64,000 nucleotides of DNA from Gammaproteobacteria bacterium (GTDB lineage: Bacteria > Pseudomonadota > Gammaproteobacteria > Eutrophobiales > Eutrophobiaceae): positions 1,568,001-1,632,000 of the forward strand of contig OZ250183.1 in the NCBI GenBank assembly GCA_965238225.1, given 5' to 3'. Of this stretch, positions 9,587-19,180 are shown one piece after another (position 1 is the stretch's first letter; each line of letters starts with the position of its first letter). The notes beneath the pieces were generated by a model. It worked only from the letters and a program-made list of their open reading frames with translations, did no database searches and had not been told where the DNA came from. The translations under genes were made by a program, and so were the position numbers.

Positions 9587-11653
9587 TTGAAAAGAGTTTG
9601 CCTGTTTAGCGTCACAATCTTATCTTTAATTATCCAACCTTGTTTCGCATACATGGGCGCGGCCAAAGATGCTTTGGCGCGTGAAGATTATGTCGGCGCT
9701 GCTGCTTTATTTCAAAAACTTGCCGAGCAGGGAGATAAAAAAGCGCAAGCTCATTTAGGTTATATGTACTACGTTGGTGAGGGCGTAGCACAGGATTATG
9801 CTGAGGCCATTAAGTGGTACAAGAAGGCAGTAATTCTTGGCGATAGAGATTCTCAATATAATCTCGCTGTTGCCTACGCATTTGGTCAAGGTATTGAACA
9901 AGACTACCAAGAAGCCCTGCAGTGGTATCGACGTGCTGCAGAACAAGGTCATAAGGTCGCGCAATATAGTTTGGGTATCTCGTACGCCTACGGCGAAGGG
10001 ACGACTCAAAATCAGCAATTAGCAGCAGAATGGTTTAAAAAATCAGCAGATCAGGGGTATGTTACGGCTCAAAACGCATTGAATAGTATCGAAAGAGCTA
10101 TGACGGATGCAAACAAGCCTGCGCTCATTCCCGATCCTGAAATAGACATCCTCAAAATAGACGATCTGCCAAAAAAAGGTTTTTTTGGCAGATTATTTGG
10201 CAAAAAAGATGAGGCAAATTCAAACTTAGAACCCAGTGATGAAGCTTACAAACAACCTGTCAGCGAGCATACAGAAGTGGCTGCCTCCACTGCTGCGGAA
10301 CAAAAACTGGAGCCTGACCCTGTTGAAATAGAGACACAGTTATCAGGAGAACCTAACATTGCAGATAAACCTCTGCAAACGACACAAACAGCGGTTCATA
10401 GTCAAACAGAGAAAAAAGGCTTCTTATCTTGGTTATTTTCCAGTAAAAAAATATTTGACGGTGAAGAATCGAATGCAGAAGACAATATGGAGGAAGATAC
10501 TGCCACAGACATCGTTGAAATTGATACTTCCACAGAACCTACGGTTATCGCAAAATTAGAAGAACCTGAACAATCCGAACAAAGCAGACAATCTTCAGCG
10601 CGTGCGCAAAGTAATGTTGATGATTCTATGAGTGAGCTTATGGGCAATTCTATGGAATTTTCTATGAATAATGCTACGAAAGATTTCATGGAAGATGAAT
10701 CTGGAGAAATATTTGCAGAGCCTATTGACCTTGTCTTAGATGCGAAAAATACAGACGACATCCTAAACCTACGGTCACTTGCAGCCAAGGGAAACTCAAC
10801 CGCTCAATTGCGGCTTGCTATCTTGTGTCATCAAGGCAAGGATGTGCAACAAGATAATACACAGGCCTTCCTCTGGTATCGCCGTGCAGCAGAACAAGGG
10901 CTTGCCGACGCACAATACAATCTTGGTAATATGTATTTGTTGGGCGAAGGTATTGAACAAGATGATTTCAAGGCGCAGCAGTGGTATAAAAAAGCAGCCG
11001 CACAAGGTCATCAAAATGCACAACATAATCTGGACAGCCTGCAACACACTATCACGACAAAGACAGAACAAGATGATGAGATAACAGAAGAACAAACTGA
11101 AAAGAAAATGGGATTCTTTAGTAGATTATTCGGACGAGATGAGCCTGATGAGGAACAATTTTTCGAACTTGATAACGCTATTGAAGAGACTGATAAATTT
11201 GACACTCATGATCCAGAAGCTATTCATCATTCACCAGAAAATCTCTATGCAAGAGGTCTTGCCTTTGAACTTGGTGAAGAAGTTTTGCAAAATTACAAAA
11301 CTGCCTTTAAATTTTTCAAGCAAGCAGCAGATTTAAATCATGCGCCGGCACAATACAAACTAGGTGTTGCCTATGCTTATGGTCAGGGTACTGAAAAAGA
11401 TCCTGCCAGCGCTCTCGCCCAGTATAAAAAATCAGCAGATCAAGGTCACGCTTTAGCACAAAGAGCACTCGCTACACTTTATATGAATGGTGAAGGCGTA
11501 GAACAAAACAAGCCGCTTGCTCTAGCTTGGTATGATATTTTGGTCAATAGCGGTAATGTCATGGATATTTACAAACGTGATACTTTAAAAGAAAAACTGA
11601 CAGCGGCTGAAATTAACGAAGCAAATATATTGAAACAGGGAATCGCGAACTAA
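9587..11653 (+). CDS. Secreted Sel1-like repeat protein with acidic linkers
   Basis: Signal peptide; multiple AQYNLGxxYxxGxGVxQDxxxAxxWYxKAAxQG repeats in three blocks. Confidence 0.9.
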   Translation: MKRVCLFSVTILSLIIQPCFAYMGAAKDALAREDYVGAAALFQKLAEQGDKKAQAHLGYMYYVGEGVAQDYAEAIKWYKKAVILGDRDSQYNLAVAYAFGQGIEQDYQEALQWYRRAAEQGHKVAQYSLGISYAYGEGTTQNQQLAAEWFKKSADQGYVTAQNALNSIERAMTDANKPALIPDPEIDILKIDDLPKKGFFGRLFGKKDEANSNLEPSDEAYKQPVSEHTEVAASTAAEQKLEPDPVEIETQLSGEPNIADKPLQTTQTAVHSQTEKKGFLSWLFSSKKIFDGEESNAEDNMEEDTATDIVEIDTSTEPTVIAKLEEPEQSEQSRQSSARAQSNVDDSMSELMGNSMEFSMNNATKDFMEDESGEIFAEPIDLVLDAKNTDDILNLRSLAAKGNSTAQLRLAILCHQGKDVQQDNTQAFLWYRRAAEQGLADAQYNLGNMYLLGEGIEQDDFKAQQWYKKAAAQGHQNAQHNLDSLQHTITTKTEQDDEITEEQTEKKMGFFSRLFGRDEPDEEQFFELDNAIEETDKFDTHDPEAIHHSPENLYARGLAFELGEEVLQNYKTAFKFFKQAADLNHAPAQYKLGVAYAYGQGTEKDPASALAQYKKSADQGHALAQRALATLYMNGEGVEQNKPLALAWYDILVNSGNVMDIYKRDTLKEKLTAAEINEANILKQGIAN

Positions 11654-11779
11654 TCACAGTAAATATATTAAAATTATAGCGCAAGACATTTCTGCACACT
11701 GAACAACCACGTTACAGTCCATCCGTGCTACGGATTATGAAGCGTAACTATAATACGACAATCATCAAGAAGAAATATA

Positions 11780-12043
11780 ATGAGTGAAAACGAAACAAAT
11801 AAAAACAATATGGAAAAAGGGTTTTTTAGTAAACTTTCAAATGGAGATTTTGGCTTAGCAAAAACTTACTGGTTATACAATGTATTAGTTGGTACTGTTT
11901 TTAACATTTTAATGAAACTCATTATATCAATTGAGTTTTTCATAATTGCGCTTGTAGCTTATATTGCATATTCAATACCTGTATTGATAGGGCTTTGGCA
12001 ATCTGCGAATAAATACAAAGGGAAAAAGTTATTACCAAAATAA
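11780..12043 (+). CDS. Small membrane protein, probable integron cassette ORF (possibly 3'-truncated)
   Basis: Two hydrophobic segments (GDFGLAKTYWLY...); AT-rich; followed by attC-like site. Confidence 0.6.
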   Translation: MSENETNKNNMEKGFFSKLSNGDFGLAKTYWLYNVLVGTVFNILMKLIISIEFFIIALVAYIAYSIPVLIGLWQSANKYKGKKLLPK

Positions 12044-12092
12044 AAGATAAATCTTTGTTAGGATTGTTAATTACACTTATTATTGGCATATG

Positions 12093-12149
12093 ACATAATA
12101 ATTCATTCCAGCCGACCGCTTACGTGGCGTCTGAATGGTGACGTTATAT
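12093..12149 (+). mobile_element. Integron attC-like recombination site (solitary, degenerate R'')
   Basis: ACATAAT-N5-ATTC(C)AG...CTGAAT-N6-GTTATAT; 57 bp imperfect palindrome with extrahelical C in L''. Confidence 0.75.
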
Positions 12150-12250
12150 GCTTATCCTTACGCTTTTCTATTCTTCTTAATAGAAGGCTTTGGATAAATA
12201 ATATGAAAAAATAAGAACCTTAATTTTGATCATAATACCACCAATACCTG

Positions 12251-12940
12251 ATGAAAATAAAAATTGTATTTATAAGCCTGATCGCTCTTTTTATATTTAT
12301 CTTTTTTTATTTCGGACTGCATCAATACGCTAATCTGGATACCTTAAAAACACAACAAAACGCCCTTGCCGAATACAAGGATACTCACCCTTTAACCGCA
12401 GCACTAATATTCTTCGTTGCCTACGTTGCCATTACAGGATTATCTCTGCCGGGTGCTGTAATTATGACGCTAGCAGGTGGCGTAGTATTTGGCTTACTCG
12501 TGGGTGTGTTGTTGGCTTCGTTCGCATCTACCATAGGCGCAACACTTGCCTTTTTAACTTCACGCTTTCTATTGCGAGATTCGTTACAAAAGAAATTTGC
12601 AAAACGATTGCATGTTATTAATCAAGGTATAAAGAAAGACGGTGCATTTTATTTATTCACCTTACGTTTAGTGCCTGTATTTCCTTTTTTTATTGTCAAT
12701 TTAGTTATGGGTCTAACCCAAATAAAAACATTGACGTTTTTTCTTATCAGCCAACTAGGTATGCTGGCCGGTACCATTATTTATGTTTTTGCAGGGACAC
12801 AGCTTGCGAAAATCAACAGCTTGAAAGATATTTTTTCCGTAGAATTAATTTTGTCTTTTACGCTACTTGGTCTTTTTCCATTGATTGTGAAAAAAATAAT
12901 TGATTTTATTCAGTCACGACTGACAAATAAAAGAACATAA
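12251..12940 (+). CDS. TVP38/TMEM64 (VTT/DedA superfamily) membrane protein
   Basis: SLPGA...GG..FG...GATLAFL.SRFL...FTLRLVPVFPFF.VN motifs. Confidence 0.9.
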   Translation: MKIKIVFISLIALFIFIFFYFGLHQYANLDTLKTQQNALAEYKDTHPLTAALIFFVAYVAITGLSLPGAVIMTLAGGVVFGLLVGVLLASFASTIGATLAFLTSRFLLRDSLQKKFAKRLHVINQGIKKDGAFYLFTLRLVPVFPFFIVNLVMGLTQIKTLTFFLISQLGMLAGTIIYVFAGTQLAKINSLKDIFSVELILSFTLLGLFPLIVKKIIDFIQSRLTNKRT

Positions 12941-12952
12941 ACTCATTCATTA

Positions 12953-14413
12953 ATGAATAAGAATTATAAAAAACCAAAAAAATTTGATCGCAATCTGCTT
13001 GTATTAGGGGCTGGTGCTGCGGGACTCGTCACTGCCTATATCGCCGCAGCAGTCAAAGCTAAAGTTACCCTGATTGAAAAAAATAAGATGGGTGGAGATT
13101 GTTTGTACACAGGCTGTGTCCCATCAAAAGCCTTAATACGCTCAGCAAAATTTCTTGCTCATGCTCGCCGCGCCAAAGAATTTGGATTTAAATCTGCTGA
13201 TATTGATTTTGACTTTGCCGATGTTATGGAGCGTGTTCAACGTATCATAAAAACTATTGAGCCACATGATTCGATTGAGCGTTACTTAAAACTTGGAGTT
13301 GAATGTATTACAGGTACAGCAAAAATTACCTCGCCATGGACAATCGAGGTCAATGGAAAAACTTTAACAACACGAAATATTGTCATCGCAGCAGGAGCTC
13401 GTCCGTCCGTCCCTGCCATCCTAGGCATTGAAGATATGGCTTATCACACTTCTGATACGCTATGGGAATTAAGAAAATTACCTAAAAGACTTGTAGTCCT
13501 CGGCGGCGGTCCGATTGGCTGTGAACTAACACAATGTTTTGCACGTTTTGGCAGTCATGTGTCACAAATTGAAATGTTGCCTAGATTATTAATTCGTGAA
13601 GACACTGAGATTTCTGAATTAGTCATGCAGCGCTTTAAAAAAGAAGGTGTTTCTGTCCTAACAAATCACAAGGCTAAAAAATTCCTGATTGAACAGAGGG
13701 AAAAAGTTTTAATTTGTGAGTATCAAGGTAAGGATGTTCGTCTTGTTTTTGATGAATTATTAGTTGCAGTCGGTCGTACAGCTAATACCACAGGCTATGG
13801 GTTGGAAGATTTAGGCATACCGACAACGAGTACAAAAACAATCGAAACAAACGAATTTCTACAAACCTCATATCCTAATATTTTTGCATGCGGGGATGTC
13901 ACAGGACCTTTCCAATTTACACATACAGCGGCACATCAGGCATGGTATACAGTAGTTAATTCTCTGTTTGGTGACTTTAAAAAATTTAAAGTAGATTACT
14001 CAGTCATTCCATGGGCTACTTTTACTGATCCTGAAGTTGCACGTGTTGGCATAAATGAAATAGAAGCAAAAATAAGTAATATTCCTTACGAAGTCACTAC
14101 TTATGAAATAGATGATCTTGATCGTGCTATCGCTGATGAAGAAGCACATGGGCTAATCAAAGTGCTCACAGTACCAAGAAAGGATAAAATACTGGGCGTT
14201 ACTATCGCCTGTGAACATGCGGGCGATTTAATTGCCGAGTATGTCAGTGCCATGCGCAATAACATCGGGCTTAACAAAATACTGGATACCATACATATCT
14301 ACCCTACTCTTGCCGAGGCAAACAAGTATGTTGCAGGTAGCTGGAAGAAGGCGCATGCGCCAGAACAATTGCTTAAGTGGGTAGAAAAATTTCATACATG
14401 GAGGAGAAGTTAA
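12953..14413 (+). CDS. FAD-dependent pyridine nucleotide-disulfide oxidoreductase (dihydrolipoamide dehydrogenase/mercuric reductase-like)
   Basis: GAGAAG, GGDCLYTGCVPSK redox disulfide, GGGPIG, HIYPTLAE; usual partner of a VTT domain. Confidence 0.9.
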   Translation: MNKNYKKPKKFDRNLLVLGAGAAGLVTAYIAAAVKAKVTLIEKNKMGGDCLYTGCVPSKALIRSAKFLAHARRAKEFGFKSADIDFDFADVMERVQRIIKTIEPHDSIERYLKLGVECITGTAKITSPWTIEVNGKTLTTRNIVIAAGARPSVPAILGIEDMAYHTSDTLWELRKLPKRLVVLGGGPIGCELTQCFARFGSHVSQIEMLPRLLIREDTEISELVMQRFKKEGVSVLTNHKAKKFLIEQREKVLICEYQGKDVRLVFDELLVAVGRTANTTGYGLEDLGIPTTSTKTIETNEFLQTSYPNIFACGDVTGPFQFTHTAAHQAWYTVVNSLFGDFKKFKVDYSVIPWATFTDPEVARVGINEIEAKISNIPYEVTTYEIDDLDRAIADEEAHGLIKVLTVPRKDKILGVTIACEHAGDLIAEYVSAMRNNIGLNKILDTIHIYPTLAEANKYVAGSWKKAHAPEQLLKWVEKFHTWRRS

Positions 14414-14549
14414 GCAGCACGAGATTTTTGCGCACGCGGCGTGCTTAGATTATAATAATGTTTATGAGCTTATTTGATTTTTATCAAAAAAAAGGATTGG
14501 GGGAAAATTATTTATTCCTAGAGCTACTCTAGCTACTCTTTTAGGAACA

Positions 14550-14873
14550 TTGCCCGACGACATGTTTGTTTATGGTTATTTGTATGGATACATTGACTTT
14601 TGTTTTTATAATTCAAAATGGAATAACCTTGAAGGCGACCCATGGATGGCAGGTATGATTATAATATTTAAAAAATTTTATGGTGAAAAAGGTCTAAAAA
14701 TTTTAGCAAATTCCTCAAAATTTAGGGACACTAATAAAGAATTTATGGCAGCTGCTAATTTTGGTGTAAAGCAAGCAGAAGATTGTCTTATAGATAAAAA
14801 AAATCCCGTTGGACTTTGTGCTTATTTAATTGATGAGGAAGAACTTTTAACTAAATCTGGTTACAAATTTTAA
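14550..14873 (+). CDS. Hypothetical protein (true start may lie upstream across a frameshift)
   Basis: AT-rich 107-aa ORF directly abutting the next ORF. Confidence 0.45.
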   Translation: MPDDMFVYGYLYGYIDFCFYNSKWNNLEGDPWMAGMIIIFKKFYGEKGLKILANSSKFRDTNKEFMAAANFGVKQAEDCLIDKKNPVGLCAYLIDEEELLTKSGYKF

Positions 14874-14876
14874 GAA

Positions 14877-15179
14877 GTGAACAAAAACTCATTAACATTA
14901 TTTCTTTTAATGCCAGCTGTATTATTAATAATCGCACCTTTAATTTCTTTCCCATACAGCTTTTATACACTACTTCGTCTTATAGTTAGTGTTACAGCAG
15001 GTTTTATAATTTATCATAGTTATAAAGTGGCAGAGGAAGTTAATGAAATTTCAATTATATTTGCTTTAATTTTAATTTTGTATAATCCAATTGTTCCTGT
15101 GCATCTAAGTAGGGAAATTTGGATGCCAATAAATTTTATTACTTCAGGAATGTATATTTATGGCTTCTTTAAAAATTAA
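14877..15179 (+). CDS. Small membrane protein, DUF6804-like
   Basis: PYSFYTLLRLIV...ILYNPIVPVHLSREIW pattern; hydrophobic. Confidence 0.7.
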   Translation: MNKNSLTLFLLMPAVLLIIAPLISFPYSFYTLLRLIVSVTAGFIIYHSYKVAEEVNEISIIFALILILYNPIVPVHLSREIWMPINFITSGMYIYGFFKN

Positions 15180-15298
15180 AAAACAAAAAGAGAGCATGTA
15201 GATGCGATTGTCTTGTTAATAATGAGGATGAAAGCCACAGCAACCGAAGCATAAGTCGCCCATTGCATTAAATTCTCGTTTTCGTTTTTACCAGTCAT
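15176..15298 (-). pseudogene. N-terminal remnant of a cation diffusion facilitator (FieF-like)
   Basis: MTGKNENENLMQWATYASVAVAFILIINKTIA resembles the first TM helix of CDF/FieF proteins, then stops. Confidence 0.5.
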
Positions 15299-15647
15299 TA
15301 ATAATGTTAATATTTCAAATTAAAGTTGGGCAAGAAATTGACTGGGAAATTAAAGTATATTTTTTGCCTTTTTTGCTTAAAACTATTTTTTGATTATTGT
15401 GACTCGCTCTCGTCATATTATATTATAGTGACAATGGTACATAGCCATTAAAAAAATAACTAAAAGCGTGCGAATGTAGTAACTTAAATATATTAATTAT
15501 GGATAAATTTAACGAAGATTTATCAGGCGGTTTGTTAAGCGCTGAGACCGTATCTCATTGGCATACATCTCATCATGACAGAAACATTTATCGCAAGAAA
15601 GCACAGTGCTTATACAGCAAGGTCATGCAAAGATCAGGCAATGTAAA

Positions 15648-16436
15648 ATGAGCTGGTGGGGGAAATTAATCGGCGGTTATCTTGGTTTTGCTCTTGGGGG
15701 TCCAATCGGTGCTGTGCTTGGTGCTGCTTTGGGTCACAATTTCGATGAAGCCAGTCAAAACACTCAATCAATTGGTCAGCAAAATCGCTCTCAGGCAGCA
15801 TTTTTTGCCGCAACATTCTCTGTTATGGGTCATATCTGCAAGGCAGATGGTCAGGTCACAGAAGATGAAATTAGTACAGCCAAAATGGTTATGGCACAAA
15901 TGTCATTATCGCCTGCGCAAAAAGATGCCGCTATCGCACTATTTAATGAAGGCAAAAAGGATAATTTTCCTCTTGCAGATATTTTACAACAATTAAAATC
16001 TGAACTTGGTTTATCAAAAAATGTTAAAAGGGTATTTATTGAGATTCAATGTGCTGCTGCATGCGCAGATGGTATTTTGCATCCAGCAGAGCAAAAACTG
16101 TTAGAAGAAATCTGCCGCTTCATACGCTTTTCTGAATATGAATTAAATAGCATCCTTGCTGCAATTTTAGCTGGAGCACAACAGCAAAGCTCAAGCCAAG
16201 GCGGGCGCTTTGGCAACATGCAGTTACAACATGCCTACACCATCTTGAATATTGATCCAAATGCCCATGACCGTGAAGTAAAGCGCGCTTACCGAAAGCT
16301 CATCAGCCAACACCATCCAGACAAGCTCATCGCTAAAGGTCTGCCGGAAGAAATGATGAAAATTACCACACAAAAAACGCAGGAAATCAGGGCTGCTTAC
16401 GAATGCATTATGCATGCAAGAAAGCTCGAGAAGTAA
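15648..16436 (+). CDS. djlA: Co-chaperone DjlA
   Basis: MSWWGKLIGG N-terminus, TerB-like middle, C-terminal J domain with HPD. Confidence 0.95.
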   Translation: MSWWGKLIGGYLGFALGGPIGAVLGAALGHNFDEASQNTQSIGQQNRSQAAFFAATFSVMGHICKADGQVTEDEISTAKMVMAQMSLSPAQKDAAIALFNEGKKDNFPLADILQQLKSELGLSKNVKRVFIEIQCAAACADGILHPAEQKLLEEICRFIRFSEYELNSILAAILAGAQQQSSSQGGRFGNMQLQHAYTILNIDPNAHDREVKRAYRKLISQHHPDKLIAKGLPEEMMKITTQKTQEIRAAYECIMHARKLEK

Positions 16437-16598
16437 CTATACCATAGCCATCCGCAGCCAAATGTTGGCTTAATACTGAAAAGAAACATTCGGCTTTCAG
16501 TATATCTGTGGGGCGGTCTCTAATATATCGGATAAAGCTAGCGAACGCCTGTACCAAATACCTGTATCAAACAGTTTATTCTCTTAACTTTTGGGCTT

Positions 16599-17039
16599 TT
16601 ATTTTCTACCCCGAATGAACACGGTTACAAGACCGACTACAGCTGCACTACCAATTATAGCACCAGGTATTGGGTAACCCAAGACAGCAACAGTAGCGCC
16701 GCTAATTATTGCTACTACCCCTATTATAAGGGCGAAAATCTGCCCTACACTAGCCTCCTTATATCCACTAAGAACATTAAGTTTTTCCATCTCATGTCTA
16801 AGTTTTTCCATCTCATGTCTATGCGTTGCTTCATTTTCCGCCATTGAAATAATGCGGTCAGCAGCGCCTGGGGTTGCCTTATTGTATTGTTCAAGAATTA
16901 CAGGATGGGGTATTGGTCCTTGGAAGGTTTCAGTTACAATTTGTTGAGGTTTTTTTAGCGATTGCTCAGCTTGTTTTTGCATGCCTTGCTTATTACGTTG
17001 CCCCTTCCCCTTGCTCACGCTCGTATTCCTCCGTAGCAC
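16599..17039 (-). CDS. DUF2335-like membrane protein (phage/island associated)
   Basis: FQGPIPHPVILEQY...PGAADRIISMAE plus two C-terminal TM helices. Confidence 0.8.
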   Translation of the reverse strand: MLRRNTSVSKGKGQRNKQGMQKQAEQSLKKPQQIVTETFQGPIPHPVILEQYNKATPGAADRIISMAENEATHRHEMEKLRHEMEKLNVLSGYKEASVGQIFALIIGVVAIISGATVAVLGYPIPGAIIGSAAVVGLVTVFIRGRK

Positions 17040-17214
17040 TCCTTATGTCGTTGCCTACCTGTAACCAATCACCATACAGTGCTTCGGCATCAGAACGTAG
17101 CGCCTCAGCATCAGAACGCGTTAGAAATTGCTCTTTTATTCTTGATCCTGTATCAGGCCATATTTCCAAAACAGAGGACGCACCACGCATCCAATTTATA
17201 ATTCTTCCACCCAT
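16993..17214 (-). CDS. Small protein of the type found upstream of DUF2335 genes
   Basis: GASSVLEIWP...SDAEALYGDWLQVGNDIRSA; overlaps start region of the DUF2335 ORF. Confidence 0.6.
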   Translation of the reverse strand: MGGRIINWMRGASSVLEIWPDTGSRIKEQFLTRSDAEALRSDAEALYGDWLQVGNDIRSATEEYEREQGEGAT

Positions 17215-17356
17215 TCTGCGAAGTCTAATGTCAATAAACACAACCGTCAATATTAATTGACTGTTCCAACAATTTGGTACCCTGATATTACAATCTGTAG
17301 GACAATCGCTAATACACGGGATAAAGTCAGCGAGCACCTGTGTTAAGACCAAGAGC

Positions 17357-17431
17357 GGTGCCGAAGAGAGGATTCGAACCTCCGACCTACTATTTACGAA
17401 ACAGTTGCTCTACCAACTGAGCTACTTCGGC
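17357..17431 (-). tRNA. tRNA-Thr(CGT)
   Basis: GCCGAAGTAGCTCAGTTGGTAGAGCAACTGTTTCGTAAATAGT...GGTTCGAATCC...TTCGGCACC; terminal A of CCA not encoded. Confidence 0.93.
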
Positions 17432-17475
17432 ATTTGCTTTAAAAAACGCTGCAAGTGTATACCCAAACGGCTTAT

Positions 17476-17922
17476 TTATGATTGGCTCTTTACTCGAATG
17501 ACAACATCAACACCTGTTTGTATTGTATTTTTTGGCAAGTTATGAATTTCCTTAACAAACATCTCTGTATCATCAATATCCCGAAGCAAACCGGTATCTT
17601 CATTATAAAAATGATGATGTTTCTCGGTATTTGAGTCATAGAAAATATATCTGGAATCTACGACCACTTGATTAGCCAACCCCTTGTCCACAAACAAATT
17701 TAAAGTGTTGTAAACGGTAGCTTTGGAGACTAATTCACTTTTTGTATTTACTCGTTTAAATACCTGTTCTGCGGATAAATGTTGAGGTTTTGTTAGTAAC
17801 GCTGTAGCGATACCAATCCGTTGTGAGGTAAGTACGATTTCGTGCCTTTCCAAAGCTGCCACAATCTGCTCACTATGAATATTACGTTTTAAATCAAACT
17901 TCATAATCGGTAGTATATCCAA
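17476..17922 (-). CDS. Fur family transcriptional regulator (Irr-like)
   Basis: LTSQR...HLSAEQV...SKATVYNTL...HHHF. Confidence 0.9.
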   Translation of the reverse strand: MDILPIMKFDLKRNIHSEQIVAALERHEIVLTSQRIGIATALLTKPQHLSAEQVFKRVNTKSELVSKATVYNTLNLFVDKGLANQVVVDSRYIFYDSNTEKHHHFYNEDTGLLRDIDDTEMFVKEIHNLPKNTIQTGVDVVIRVKSQS

Positions 17923-17929
17923 AGTTCAT

Positions 17930-18967
17930 TCAATCTGCACTAAAGATCATATCAGCAATCTTTCTAGCGCAAACTGGTGCCTGTAGAATGCCTTTCCTGA
18001 AATGTCCTGCATTGATGTAAATATTTTCATAGCCTTCAAACTTGCTTAGATAGGGTATTCCATTGCCCGTAGCAGGGCGCAATCCAGCCCATTGTTTGAT
18101 AAATTTGGCAGCAGAAATATCCGGCCAAAGCGCAAAAGCCCAGTCCATCAAATCATTTCTTGCAGACTGTGTTATATCTTTACTAAAACCGACATCTTCC
18201 ATTGTGCTGCCAATTAACACGTGACCATCCTTTCTGGGGATAAAATAATGCGCGCCATCCAATATCATCGATTTAAGCTGCTGCTTAGGAAATTTCACAC
18301 AAAGCATTTGCCCCAAAACAGGTTTTATCTTTATATCATCATTTATCGGACGTGATATTTTTTCGCTCCAGGCACCAGCGGAAATAATAAACAAGCTGGC
18401 GCAATGTTTTCCATTCCCAGTGATTATAGCATCACATCTACCCTTATTGAGTTCCAGCCCGGTAATTGCTGTATCTTCAAAAATACTTACATCAAGCTTT
18501 ACGAGGCTAGCGCGCAACGCCTTTAATAGTCTTGAAACCCTAATCTGTGCAATCTCAGGAAAAAATATCGATTTGTCAGGGATGCGCATGTGCACTGGAT
18601 ATTCTTTGTGATGTTCAGAATACGAAAATTTAGTTTTATCGGCCCATGTTTTTGCATGCCCAAGGTCTGCTTCATCAATCATCAATAGTCCAGATCTGTA
18701 AAATTCTGGGTCAACCCCCGTCTCATCTTTCAATGCTTTTGTATAGTCTTCATAGCATGCCTTACCTTCGCTTGATAACTTTGCTGAATCTGAATGCTCA
18801 AACCATGGTCGCATGGAGGATAAAATCCCTCCAGCCGCAAAACTTGCTTGCTTACCTAATCGGCCTTTGTCAAATAAGGAAACAGCAAGACCTCGCATAG
18901 CGAGTTCCCTAGCTGTAGCCATACCAACAATACCCCCTCCAACAATGATGCAGTCTTTCTTGTGCAT
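17930..18967 (-). CDS. thiO: Glycine oxidase ThiO
   Basis: GGGIVG, ASFAAGGILS, WAGLRP, GHFRKGI; usual position next to the fimT-pil cluster. Confidence 0.85.
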   Translation of the reverse strand: MHKKDCIIVGGGIVGMATARELAMRGLAVSLFDKGRLGKQASFAAGGILSSMRPWFEHSDSAKLSSEGKACYEDYTKALKDETGVDPEFYRSGLLMIDEADLGHAKTWADKTKFSYSEHHKEYPVHMRIPDKSIFFPEIAQIRVSRLLKALRASLVKLDVSIFEDTAITGLELNKGRCDAIITGNGKHCASLFIISAGAWSEKISRPINDDIKIKPVLGQMLCVKFPKQQLKSMILDGAHYFIPRKDGHVLIGSTMEDVGFSKDITQSARNDLMDWAFALWPDISAAKFIKQWAGLRPATGNGIPYLSKFEGYENIYINAGHFRKGILQAPVCARKIADMIFSAD

Positions 18968-19056
18968 TTAAGATAATATTTCACAAAATTCCATAACTAA
19001 AGCATAAAACATACCTCGAAATCTGACATTTATCGAAATTATTTACCGTTTTATTG

Positions 19057-19087
19057 ACCGTTCATTGGAATTAAAATACCGTTTATC
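19057..19087 (+). promoter_or_regulatory. LytTR/AlgR-like direct repeat boxes upstream of fimT
   Basis: ACCGTTCATT (19057) and ACCGTTTATC (19078), 21-bp spacing, similar to AlgR consensus ACCGTTCGTC. Confidence 0.6.
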
Positions 19088-19180
19088 AGATAATAAGGTG
19101 GAAAATATTGATTTTTTTGCTATAAAAGGCTCTGCTGTAAACGTGCAGTCATGCTAACAAAATATATTTAAATTAATAAA

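Noticed and set aside
12953-14413. merA mercuric reductase
   Set aside because: Lacks the C-terminal Cys-Cys pair and mer operon context
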